Notes under the pieces: model-generated
The model's input: only the letters and a program-made list of their open reading frames with translations
Told to the model about the DNA's origin: nothing
Database searches by the model: none
IMG/VR virus record: IMGVR_UViG_3300045743_000846
Coordinates: 1 to 57,983 of that record
Source of the DNA: a virus
Taxonomy: Duplodnaviria; Caudoviricetes
Strand: one strand, 5' to 3'
Length of the DNA: 57,983 bases
Part shown: positions 40,701 to 48,844 of the stretch, piece by piece
Numbering within the stretch: position 1 is the stretch's first letter
Layout: the number at the start of each line of letters is the position of its first letter
Program-made: the position numbers and the translations under genes

Positions 40701-43700
40701 CCTGAGCGAAATGGCCGATGCGCTGGAACAGTCGGCCACGGCATCGCTCAACCAAGATCGAAAAGCCAATACGGCGCGTCGGGCCGAGATGGCCAGCCGG
40801 GCCGATTCTGCCGCGCGCCATGCTTTGGCGTTGGCCCAGACCATGAAAAACATGGCTGCGGCACTGACCGATGGCAGTGCGCCGTTTTTGCGCCATGTTC
40901 GGCAAAAAACACAGGTGGCGTTTCTGAACAATACGGTTGAGCGGGCATTGCTGGCGCAGTGGCAGGCCAGCGGTAAAGCCTATTTTGAAATTGAGAACCT
41001 GAAAGGCAGCCCGGCCACGGTTGAGGCAGCGGATTATGCCGAATGGCCGACTTATTCTGCATACCGCTCGGACTTGGCCCAGCTTGGCAGGCGCTTGCTT
41101 GAAGTGGATGGCACGCGCATGCTCGGTAAGCAGATTCTGAAGGAAGCCGATGATGTTACTGACGCCTATATGGCATTTGCCAAGAAAAATCTTCATCTGG
41201 TGCGGGGGTTTTCTTCGCAAAGCGGTGGGCCTTTGGTCACAAGCGCCAAGGCTGAAGCCGAAGCGATTATCTACCGTAGCGGGTTCCGGGGCCGGGCAAT
41301 TCCGTTTAGCCCGAAGGCGCGGGAATGGACGGTCATTTATAGCCCGGGCGAAGCGATTGAGCGCGGAATCTGGCCAGGTGACGGCGACAAGCGCATTTCA
41401 CTGGCTGACCAGTTTGGGCGGGAACTGGTGGCCAAGATTGGCCGGGCCAATAATCGGGGAGCCAAGGTAACGGTGCCGTGGCAGTTTGAAAATGCGTATG
41501 AGCGGCAAGCCATGCTGGCGCGCATGGGTATCGAAACCCCGGCAGAATTTCGCGCCACCTTACGCGAGTTCATCAATTTGCAGGGCCAACAACAGGTGGC
41601 CGACCCAATCCGGGAGTTGGAACGCAAAATGGTGGGCCGCACCAACGATGGACTGGACTTTTTTCCGACCGGTGAAGCGGCTGTCGATGAAATGATTGAT
41701 GTGGCCGGGATCGAGCCGGGTATGCGGGTGCTGGAACCGGAGGCGGGCTGGGGCCATATCGCGGAACAGATTCGCCAAGCGGGTGTTGAACCGGATGTGG
41801 TGGAATTGTCGCATGACCGGCGGCAATTGCTGGAAGCCAAGGGTTTTACGGTGGTTGGCCACGATTTTATGGACATTTCGCCCGAGACGCGTGGGCGCTA
41901 TGACCGGATTTTGATGAACCCGCCGTTTTCTGACCGGCGCGATGCCCAGCATGTCATGCATGCTTTTACCTTGCTGGCACCACGCGGGCGACTGGTGGCG
42001 ATCATGGGCGAAGGGGTGTTTTTCGGGCAGGATGCCAAGGCCAAGGCGTTTCGGGAATGGCTGGAATCAGTGGGGGGCACCAGTGAAAAACTGCCGCCGA
42101 ATTCGTTCATGGATGCCAACTTGCCGGTAAATACCAGCGTGAACGCGCGCATGGTGGTGATTGATGCGCCGGAAACCCTGGCTGATGGTGTTGCCGCGCA
42201 GCCTGCGGTACAGCCTGCCGCAACCGAAGCGACCACGGCACCGGCACCAAAGCTATCACAGCGTACTACCGCAGCCGATGCATTGGGCCATACCCCGGCA
42301 TCATTGGCCGCTGCCATGAATGGGGCACTGGCCCGGTATGGTGATCACTTTTTTACCGATTTGCTGGCCACAGGCCGGGTGCAGGTTATCGACCAAGCCG
42401 CCGCGAATGCGATTTTGCATTTTGCCGGGGTTGAATCTGGCGGCAGCGCAACACCTGTTGCGTTTTATAATCCGGCTGACCAAATCACCTATTTTATTGC
42501 CGATGCCATCCCAAGCAATACCAGTGATGCCGCACTGTACGGGCTGGTGTTGCATGAAATTGCCAATCATGCCTTGCAAATGGGGCGCACCGAACCGGAG
42601 TTTGGTCAATTGTTGCGCCAGTTTGCCTTGATGCAAGGGGGCAATGCGCAAGTGGCAGCCGCATTTGCCCGTGCGCGCGAGCTGGGTACGGCACCGGCCC
42701 GACTGGCCGAAGAAGCGCTGGGTTATTATTTGGAGGCGAACCCCACACTGGGGTTTGCCCAAAAGGTATTGGCATGGTGGCGTACCCTATTGCGCAAGCT
42801 GGGGCAAGCCTTGCCAGCGCTGAACCGGTTGCGCTGGTTCCGGGCAGTGCAAGCGCTGTCGGCCCCGGATTTGGTACTGGCGGCGCAGCAAGCATTGCGG
42901 CAAGCACCGTATGTCTTGCCCCTTAATCAGGCTTCGCTGCGTGAGCCTGAGCGGGCACCTGCCATGAGCCAAAGCACACCCAACACCGCACCCAACACCA
43001 CATCAAACAGCCAACTGGTGGCCATCTGGCAACGTATCGGGCAAGCGCAAGACGGGTATCAATATCCGGTGTCATCAGCCAGGGATTTGGCCAGCGTGAT
43101 GCAAAAGGTATTGCCTGATAGCAAAGTGGTACGACTGGACAGGGATGCGCCCAAGGCGCGCAGCCTTGCCAGCTTGCAATGGAAAATAACGATGCCGGAT
43201 GGAAAGCACGCCTATGTGTATGAATTTGGCCGCGATCTGCAAATCGATGCATCGCAACTGGCATCGGGCAGCTCGCGCGGTTCTGCGCTGTATGCCGCGC
43301 TGGCCAATTATGCGTTTAATACCGGCAAGGTGCTGGAGGGGGACAGTGCGGGCCTGTCGCCGGTTGGCCAGATGCGCCGTTTGGAGAACATGATTGCCAG
43401 TGCCATCAAATTCGGCAGCACCGACCACATGCGGCCCCATCCGGCACAAAAGCAGCCTAATTCGGGATTGACCCAGCAAATTGGCTTGCATGGCATTCGC
43501 TGGGCAACCGGTGATTATCAACACAACCTTGCGCAAATGCTCAGGGCTTCGTATGATTATGTATCTTTCCTTGTTCCTGAGATTGGCCATGTCAACTTTA
43601 CCGAGTACGGAGATTTCACCGGAGCAGATGGTGATTTATTCACAGATGATAATTTCCGGCACTTGGCAGAGCGTGCCACCGGCATACTTCACCAGCGCTT

Positions 43701-46700
43701 GGCGGCATCAGGAATTGACACGCCTGCGAAAATTGGAAGCGCAACGCTTAAAAGAGCAGCTATCACCGGAACCATTTTACGCGCAGAACGCAGCCCGGCT
43801 GGGCGAATCCTATTGGGACAGCTTGGCACAGAGTTACACACCCATATAGGGCAGGCGCAACACATTCTGTACAGCCATGGCTTGGGCCGGGCGTTAAACC
43901 AAGCGGCCAACAACATCGCACAGGTACGGCTGCCTGCCGGGTATGTGGTGGGTGATTTGTTCAACCAGTCCGGCCAAATCAGTTGGTGGCACAAAACCAT
44001 AGGAACCATGGACAATTTGGCGCGCCGCCACCGCGAATTTGCCCCGGTGTATGAGTCGGCACAAAGCTTTTTGGGCGATGTGTCGCGCTATGCGGTGGTG
44101 GCTGCCGATGCCGCGCCGACCCTGCTGCCGAAACTGGAGCAGGTCAGGGATATTATCGGGGCCAAGCGCAAGAAGGCAGTCAGCGCGGAAGATACGCGCA
44201 TGATTGCCGCACCGATTTTTGAGGGCACTTTGCTTTGGGCGCGGGATGAGGATGGCGTGCCGGTGCAACTCAAGCAGTTGGAAGACCGGGCCAAGGCCAT
44301 GAGCGTGGATGAGAAAGCCGCGATTTTATTGCGGCAGGGGGTGATCGATGCGCAGCAGCAGGCGGCATGGCAAAAGATGGGGCCAAAGATGGGCCAAAAT
44401 TCGCATGACCGCATCATTGCTGAAAAGTTTGAGCAAAGCCAGTTGCAGGCGGGCATTGTTTGGGAGGATGAGGAATTGCGCACGCTGTTTCACTTGTCGG
44501 AGCCGCAAATTGCGCTGTATCGGGAATTCCGGGCCGGGGTGGATCAAAGTTTGAGCCATTTGACGATTAGCGAAATGCTGAAATTGGGCGGCAAGGAAAC
44601 GGAATTATTGCGTGATGCAGCGATGGCAGCCGAGAATTTGCCGGGTGCGGCCAAGCTGTTGACTGATTACCTGATGGAATTGGCGCAAGCCGAACCGCAA
44701 AACCAAAAGATTTATCTCGATACCGCACAGCAGATTGCCAAGCTGGCCGGGCGTGGCATCGATTTGATGAAGAAGGGCTATGCCCCCTTGTCGCGCTTTG
44801 GTCGCCATGCGGTGTATGTGCAGGAAGACGGGGAACAGGCGTATTTTGGGTTGTTTGAATCGCGCTTTGAGGCGGGCAAGATGGCGCGGAAAATGCGCGC
44901 CAATTACCCGAATGCACAGGTGACGCACGGCACGGTGTCCGATGAAGCCTATAAACTGTTTGCCGGGGTGGCCCCGGAGACGGTGGAATTGTTTGGTGAC
45001 ATGCTGGGGCTGGATCGTTTGGGCGACGATAAGAGCCGGGAACTGTATCAAACCTATTTAAAACTGACCAAGAACAATCGCAGTGCCTTGAAACGGCTGA
45101 TCGAGCGCAAGGGGATTGCCGGGTTCTCGGAAGATGCGGGCCGGGTGTTGGCCGGGTTTATCTATTCCAATGCCCGGCTGACGGCAGGTAACCTGCACCT
45201 GGGCGAGATTGACCGGGCGATTACCGAGATACCGAAGCAGCAAGGGCAATTGATTGATGCCGCAGTGCAGTTGCGCGAGCATATCCGCAACCCGCAAGGC
45301 GGGAATCTGTTGGGTGGGCTGATGTTTGCACAGTTTTTGGGCGGTTCAGTCGCTTCGGCCATGGTCAATTTAACCCAGCCCTTGACCATGACTTTGCCGT
45401 ATTTGAGCCAGTTTGGCGGTGCGCTGGCAGCAGCGCGGCAATTAACCACGGCAGCGCGGGATGCACGGCGGGCCAAAACCGGGGATGCCCGACTGGATGC
45501 GGCTTTGCAATGGGCCACCGAAGAAGGGATTGTGGCCCCGCAAGAGGTGCATTACTTGCGGGCGCAAGCCGCTGGCAAGGGCGCATTGCAAGCCGGGGAT
45601 GGGTCGAAATTGGGCAATGCCCGTGCTACGCTGAACAATGCCGTGGCTAAACTTTCGCTTGGTTGGGGCAAAATGTTTGCACTGGCTGAATTGGCTAACC
45701 GGCGCATTACCTTTATTGCGGCTTATCGCACGGCGCAGGCGCAAGGGTTGCAAAATCCGGCCTTGTTTGCACGCGATGCGGTGACGCAAACCCAGGGCGT
45801 GTACAACAGCGGCAACAAACCGGCTTGGGCGCGCGGTGCGATTGGTGGCTTGGCACTGACCTTTAAACAGTATTCGATTAATTACATTGAATTGCTGTCG
45901 CGCATGGCCATGGCAGGGCAAGCCGGATCAGCCGAGCGTGCCGCTGGCAGGCGCGCCGCTTTGTTAATGGTGGCCGTGCTGTTTTTTCTGTCCGGCGTGG
46001 ATGGTTTGCCGTTTGAAAAGAATCTGGAAGATGTGATCGATGGCATCTTGCAGCGGCTCGGGTATAACTTTGCCAGCAAGCGGCAAAAGCAGGCTTTTTT
46101 AACCGAGGTGTTGGGCGAAGGCGCGGCAGACTTTGTATTAAAAGGGGTATCGAGCCTGCCCGGCATGCCGATTGATGTGGCGGGCCGTTTGGGTATGGGC
46201 AATTTGCTGCCCGGCACCGGGTTATTGACGCAAAAGGCATCGTATACCAGTGACATCGGGGAATTGGCCGGGCCTGCCGGGGATATTGCCAAACGGGTGT
46301 TTACCGGCAGCGGCAAGCTGCTGGGCGGGGATGTGGCCGGGGCGGCGCTGGATGTGGCACCACAAGCGCTACGCAACCTGCAAAAGGGCGTGGATATGCT
46401 GGCCACTGGCCAGTATAACGATGCACGCGGCTATCAGGTCAACCCGGTGACGGTGCCCGAAGCCATCATGAAACTGGCCGGGTTTCAGCCGAACAGCACC
46501 GCCAATATTCAGGATGCCAAGGGGCAAGCATTAAACATGATTGCGCAAACCCGGCTGCGTGCCAACCAGATTCAGGAACATATGGCGCAGGGTATGGCGC
46601 AAGATGACCCGGATAGGGTACGCGAAGCACGGGCTTGGCGCGATGACTGGAATGCCAAGAATCCAGAAACGCCGATACAACTGAATATGCCGGGGGTGTT

Positions 46701-46806
46701 GCACCGGGTGCGCGCCATGCGGCAGGATGCTTTGTTGCGCACCCAGCAGACGGCACCGAAGGCGATTCGGCAGGCGGTGCAGCGCGAATTGTCTCAGGTG
46801 CGGTAA
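34732..46806 (+). CDS. 4024-aa large polyvalent internal virion protein (N6-adenine MTase, zincin-like motif, PLxRFG domain)
   Basis: Gly/Ala hydrophobic N-terminus; DFFPT, VLEPEAGWG and MNPPF (41917-41928); HEIANH (from 42553); PLSRFG (44785-44802); helical C-terminus. Confidence 0.9.
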   Translation: MNLAQARYKLPELAGLDDQSALEVIQQNYYPMLDKHDLAKQLGVTLPEPPVKQAGVLRTAGDVGIKLAQGVVDLGSSAVGLGSLATGGLVGKGMRAAGYDPKAANEILGSYLSDSQKAADDKVQHADGFVDTLAASLQNPRSILGSIAESAPGMLAGMGVSNAVARGIAAKAALATGEGAAASASARAAGQTASQAGRAALATDLGSQAASRAVDAAGNKLLALGAATEGAQAAGQIADDAQAAGRAYADYALPAIAAGTLTGSIGYGAGRLLGDAATHIATGARSTGVRGSLAARVGKELFSEGVLEELPQSAQEQAFTNLAQGEPDVMHGVANAAATGLVTGGVMGAGMGALQGRHHPANPSTSNPAQRSNPPVVLPDSGPLSQAANAGQQATATIQPAASSAPAKNTADAGDLPLNSAPPLSLDEIDARMAQLVALGHGRLASRVRDEQGNLQTVPAIKGRRLTQEETAEYQALNQARQQRTAIPPEQQADYQALLAQEQAEQQQKAAATLARQAQQAQQAQQAQQEAELAQLLAEEQAERQAQAQQAQQARAAQERQQLDITNAIVAHERQTRSEAERAALRQQVINDHSIAPQQKVAALQKLYQLSGYADPSLSAQDRHEIELATVPVRALPNELIDPVPERRPATHNKTVQPNLQAVDNAIAQGMRLRTAKGNLLHKKGSSKIFRLNGAQKAYYLEQMARLAQGQAQEPAQAEQAEQAEQVANEPARTPALEANAEPAAARVESPAPLLPADTANAEPASVANAPATPALPDAVPAPQAAPAPAKELTTRQALNRKTVKDMSDDELRQAKQVLADSPRAPKIDKEMARRGLHAEPAPASSTPAEAAQPPIPQGFVRAVDGQVQANRPATEPVTAPASGSSDTDRTSQPAKSASYFADAAVEPNPLTQPVNERGDKGIVTHPIPGIAPEPTNTADLIQGAANPQASAPQAGTHSQETIGRTIVSPDDYPLAESERSYSGISLHPNQRAQGDRDEFVKVVQNTYDAAKKLVMTEAQQAALDAAISRFKNEYLLETRKVIRVRSGTYSAFVAGRSKINTKQADARNRAYDKALVDFFGWQKNAAPRVAQAVLDARTPEQLAEVAREKAAKAAARQEKNDAFLRRLLNFKPGADTVTLGEAKLTRITYDRTGLPNALILEEPGLIKGVTDKFMIVPTLYASKDALRVAVERVRNAVQAEPSLETSQVQDYNAVAGNGAAHVEAGRVEPATPAVIGESIAKSAANTPMNLKQAKADLLAKIDEELAKAPESARTAEHRLATKLAEADLAAAQEKYRSNRTNANEKAVSELMKTVEVLRTMGNRVTFDVPGDGKFTVLFDKPHLQKFRDKVAANPGFNDKTRPVSKPKALPFTPETTLLDLLKDGELQAAYQFAKQIGKPFRFTTDRTSNVPNLYINAAPVDLVPGVATWVGKQTKREPNGGITPTASWYVIENSTGSSLGTDGTAQGAIAAAKKRVANKGVDQFFQALAEAPKVEESTLEQQWLQYHHAESIDDSHTPPPEAPTQQEPAPQHDAIVTPVIATPTDTQQPNPAIETAAIPTSEPEPAKETAQSEVEEPLRIPEGYKPVGEYYRYDIPTEGYAPFKEGDRVRMLESGWRGTVDSLFGEGPIFSSGIIKYDNGTTVRQFWHQVEAAPEQATVQPSAPDSAQTNVPTSTQAAASPVNSLAAIEQVFERASHGQLPLQEFHAAYASFNEHEAAITAELSAMKKDELLRYGGPAFTYQNRDDKKAEVVKDLYSTLREQFAFARERTLSYTLSGKNESWETARKNAIDQAVADTTQADLERYAADRQALRDKQAAKLEGMQDPKTLDDFIGLMREKVRDGMSFKAARLSLPLAQRAMFDRLTAEKSQAERGANKVPVLRAPNAPVGSTDIIQTKHTKHGHDLWQFNLEQRVSPDQFKALVVQARRLGGDYSSYRGHGAIPGWQFRSEESAKAFKALVAGDTGAAETVIQARRDAFADDRTQSATERLSEMADALEQSATASLNQDRKANTARRAEMASRADSAARHALALAQTMKNMAAALTDGSAPFLRHVRQKTQVAFLNNTVERALLAQWQASGKAYFEIENLKGSPATVEAADYAEWPTYSAYRSDLAQLGRRLLEVDGTRMLGKQILKEADDVTDAYMAFAKKNLHLVRGFSSQSGGPLVTSAKAEAEAIIYRSGFRGRAIPFSPKAREWTVIYSPGEAIERGIWPGDGDKRISLADQFGRELVAKIGRANNRGAKVTVPWQFENAYERQAMLARMGIETPAEFRATLREFINLQGQQQVADPIRELERKMVGRTNDGLDFFPTGEAAVDEMIDVAGIEPGMRVLEPEAGWGHIAEQIRQAGVEPDVVELSHDRRQLLEAKGFTVVGHDFMDISPETRGRYDRILMNPPFSDRRDAQHVMHAFTLLAPRGRLVAIMGEGVFFGQDAKAKAFREWLESVGGTSEKLPPNSFMDANLPVNTSVNARMVVIDAPETLADGVAAQPAVQPAATEATTAPAPKLSQRTTAADALGHTPASLAAAMNGALARYGDHFFTDLLATGRVQVIDQAAANAILHFAGVESGGSATPVAFYNPADQITYFIADAIPSNTSDAALYGLVLHEIANHALQMGRTEPEFGQLLRQFALMQGGNAQVAAAFARARELGTAPARLAEEALGYYLEANPTLGFAQKVLAWWRTLLRKLGQALPALNRLRWFRAVQALSAPDLVLAAQQALRQAPYVLPLNQASLREPERAPAMSQSTPNTAPNTTSNSQLVAIWQRIGQAQDGYQYPVSSARDLASVMQKVLPDSKVVRLDRDAPKARSLASLQWKITMPDGKHAYVYEFGRDLQIDASQLASGSSRGSALYAALANYAFNTGKVLEGDSAGLSPVGQMRRLENMIASAIKFGSTDHMRPHPAQKQPNSGLTQQIGLHGIRWATGDYQHNLAQMLRASYDYVSFLVPEIGHVNFTEYGDFTGADGDLFTDDNFRHLAERATGILHQRLAASGIDTPAKIGSATLKRAAITGTILRAERSPAGRILLGQLGTELHTHIGQAQHILYSHGLGRALNQAANNIAQVRLPAGYVVGDLFNQSGQISWWHKTIGTMDNLARRHREFAPVYESAQSFLGDVSRYAVVAADAAPTLLPKLEQVRDIIGAKRKKAVSAEDTRMIAAPIFEGTLLWARDEDGVPVQLKQLEDRAKAMSVDEKAAILLRQGVIDAQQQAAWQKMGPKMGQNSHDRIIAEKFEQSQLQAGIVWEDEELRTLFHLSEPQIALYREFRAGVDQSLSHLTISEMLKLGGKETELLRDAAMAAENLPGAAKLLTDYLMELAQAEPQNQKIYLDTAQQIAKLAGRGIDLMKKGYAPLSRFGRHAVYVQEDGEQAYFGLFESRFEAGKMARKMRANYPNAQVTHGTVSDEAYKLFAGVAPETVELFGDMLGLDRLGDDKSRELYQTYLKLTKNNRSALKRLIERKGIAGFSEDAGRVLAGFIYSNARLTAGNLHLGEIDRAITEIPKQQGQLIDAAVQLREHIRNPQGGNLLGGLMFAQFLGGSVASAMVNLTQPLTMTLPYLSQFGGALAAARQLTTAARDARRAKTGDARLDAALQWATEEGIVAPQEVHYLRAQAAGKGALQAGDGSKLGNARATLNNAVAKLSLGWGKMFALAELANRRITFIAAYRTAQAQGLQNPALFARDAVTQTQGVYNSGNKPAWARGAIGGLALTFKQYSINYIELLSRMAMAGQAGSAERAAGRRAALLMVAVLFFLSGVDGLPFEKNLEDVIDGILQRLGYNFASKRQKQAFLTEVLGEGAADFVLKGVSSLPGMPIDVAGRLGMGNLLPGTGLLTQKASYTSDIGELAGPAGDIAKRVFTGSGKLLGGDVAGAALDVAPQALRNLQKGVDMLATGQYNDARGYQVNPVTVPEAIMKLAGFQPNSTANIQDAKGQALNMIAQTRLRANQIQEHMAQGMAQDDPDRVREARAWRDDWNAKNPETPIQLNMPGVLHRVRAMRQDALLRTQQTAPKAIRQAVQRELSQVR

Positions 46807-46848
46807 AGGAACCGTATGGCGCGGTTGACGCGGTGGCTGGCCTGTGTT

Positions 46849-47193
46849 TTATGCCGGGTTGGCCGCTGGTTGTACCTCTAACCCGTCACGCGAACCGTGT
46901 TGTTCTTCCCACACCACCACCCAGTACGGGGCGCGTCCGCGTCCTGTCCATTGCAAGTCTGACTTTTCTGGATGGCGGTAGCGCACCGCCACCGGATTGG
47001 CCGATTTGACCCGCCCCGAACCGGTGGTCAGACCGCCCAACACCGTTTCAAGCGGTACGCCGACTTGCTGGACAATCGCCAGTATCTGCTGCCGTGCATC
47101 GTTGATTGCTTGTTGTTGCTTACGCGGCAATTCGGCTTGTACTTGCTTTTGCAGGGCTTGCAGTTCAAGAAGGGTCATATTGGATAAATCCAT
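46849..47193 (-). CDS. hns: H-NS family nucleoid protein
   Basis: VRYRHPE..QWTGRGRAPYW DNA-binding motif; N-terminal coiled coil; AAGGA RBS. Confidence 0.93.
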   Translation of the reverse strand: MDLSNMTLLELQALQKQVQAELPRKQQQAINDARQQILAIVQQVGVPLETVLGGLTTGSGRVKSANPVAVRYRHPEKSDLQWTGRGRAPYWVVVWEEQHGSRDGLEVQPAANPA

Positions 47194-47267
47194 GGTGTTT
47201 TTCCTTTAAGGGTGGGTAAAAAAGTGGAATGCGATGCGGCACGGCGATTTGGCTTGCCACTGCGATG

Positions 47268-47984
47268 CTATTTTACTGGCTTGCCACGCTTGGCCAAGGC
47301 CACGCGCAGAATTTGGCTGATATCGGGGCGGCCCATGCTCTTGGCCAAACCAAGCGTATCCCATTTGCTGGGGTCAAGCCCGGCATCGAGCGCATGTTGC
47401 AATTTGGCAGTGTTGCCGTGTTCGATGACGGTTTGCAATAAGTCGGCATCATGAAAACCGGTGACGCTGCTTTGTTGCAGCAGAAAATCAAACACCGGCA
47501 AGGCAACATCGGCTTGCGCGGCACGGGTGAGCAAAATTTCGGACAGGGTTAATTCGGGCGGGTTGGCGCGGCGGCATGGCAGGCGCAGCAAACCGGCATC
47601 GTCCAATACGGTCAGCTTTGCCAGCACTTCGGTAGGCAGGCCGGACAGTTGCGCCAATAAGAAGGTTTTGGCTTGATCCTGATGCGGGCCATTGCTGGGC
47701 CATTGTTGCCGCAATTGTGGCGCGAGCCGCGCGCGGATCAGGGAAGCAATTGCGCCCTTGGGATTGGCCCACTGGCTGCCGGGCTGCTGCAATAGATCGT
47801 CCAGCCGTGTCCAGTCGAGCCGTTCTTGTCCGATGGGGGGTAACAGTGGTAGCGCGGGCATCGGGCTTGGGCCGGGGTGCGGTGGTTGGTTTTGATGGGC
47901 GTGGCTGATGGCCGGAGCAAGCCGCACGCCCATGGCCAGCAAAAGGGTAGTCAGACAGATAAGAAGTGGCAGGGAACGGCGCAT
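47268..47984 (-). CDS. Exported protein with ankyrin-like C-terminus
   Basis: Signal peptide MRRSLPLLICLTTLLLAMG; LLQTVIEHGNTAKLQHALDAGLDP..LGLAKSMGRPDISQIL. Confidence 0.6.
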   Translation of the reverse strand: MRRSLPLLICLTTLLLAMGVRLAPAISHAHQNQPPHPGPSPMPALPLLPPIGQERLDWTRLDDLLQQPGSQWANPKGAIASLIRARLAPQLRQQWPSNGPHQDQAKTFLLAQLSGLPTEVLAKLTVLDDAGLLRLPCRRANPPELTLSEILLTRAAQADVALPVFDFLLQQSSVTGFHDADLLQTVIEHGNTAKLQHALDAGLDPSKWDTLGLAKSMGRPDISQILRVALAKRGKPVK

Positions 47985-48044
47985 GGTCAGTCCTTGAGCA
48001 AAACGGTAAGGGATGAGCGTTGGAAGGGGCGGGTGTTCACAAGG

Positions 48045-48722
48045 CTACCGTTGCGAGCGCGGTGCGCTGGGGGCTTTCATGTCACGCATCTCGATGCAGA
48101 TATCGGCGATGTCCCTCAGTTCAAACGGTGCATGGCGACCGGTCAAGAGCACGGTGAGCTGTGGCGGGCGTTGCTGCAAACCGCGTAGCACGGCATCGAT
48201 ATTCAGGTAATTGTGATGCAGCATCAGGTTGATGTCGTCCAGAATGAGCATGGCCAAATCAGGTTGGTGCATTTTTTCTGTGGCGTATTGCCACGCGTGC
48301 CGGATTAAATCGGTATCCTGCATGCGGTCTTGCTTGTTCCAGGTGCAGCCCCGGCCAAAGGTCTCAAAAACGCACTGCGCATGCTGCCCCAAAAACTGGC
48401 GCGCCGGGCTGTTTTGTGGGGTATCCAGAAATTGCACTACCGCCAGTGGTCGGTTTTGCGCCAATACCGCCATGCCCATGCCGAAAGCGGTGTTCGATTT
48501 GCCCAGTCCATCGCCTGTGAGAACGATGATTTGGCCCGTGGCGGGATTCGCTGCGGCGGTAGCGGGTTGTGGCCTGACCGGGTTTTCCGGGTTGGTGGGC
48601 AGGCTGGCGCGTGGCGCTGGCACTAATTTCTGTTGCCACCGCTGTTGCCATTGGTACTGGCGCTGGGTGTGTTCTTGCATTTCGTTTGGCGGGGTTGTGC
48701 TTGGTTCGGCCAAGGCGGACAT
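48045..48722 (-). CDS. cobO: Degenerate cob(I)alamin adenosyltransferase (CobO/BtuR/CobA-like)
   Basis: GQIIVLTGDGLGKSNTAFG, VVQF, G.GCTW, LILDD and LLTGRHAP..ADICIEM align to CobO, with motif substitutions and no C-terminal tail. Confidence 0.8.
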   Translation of the reverse strand: MSALAEPSTTPPNEMQEHTQRQYQWQQRWQQKLVPAPRASLPTNPENPVRPQPATAAANPATGQIIVLTGDGLGKSNTAFGMGMAVLAQNRPLAVVQFLDTPQNSPARQFLGQHAQCVFETFGRGCTWNKQDRMQDTDLIRHAWQYATEKMHQPDLAMLILDDINLMLHHNYLNIDAVLRGLQQRPPQLTVLLTGRHAPFELRDIADICIEMRDMKAPSAPRSQR

Positions 48723-48844
48723 CGTTATCTCCTTAGAATGGGTGATCTTTATCGGTTTTGCGCAAGGTTTGGGCTAACCGGTTCATAGTGGGTTGTCTTC
48801 AAAAAAATGGGGAAGGTTGGCCGATTGAGGCACCGCTGCCCAAT

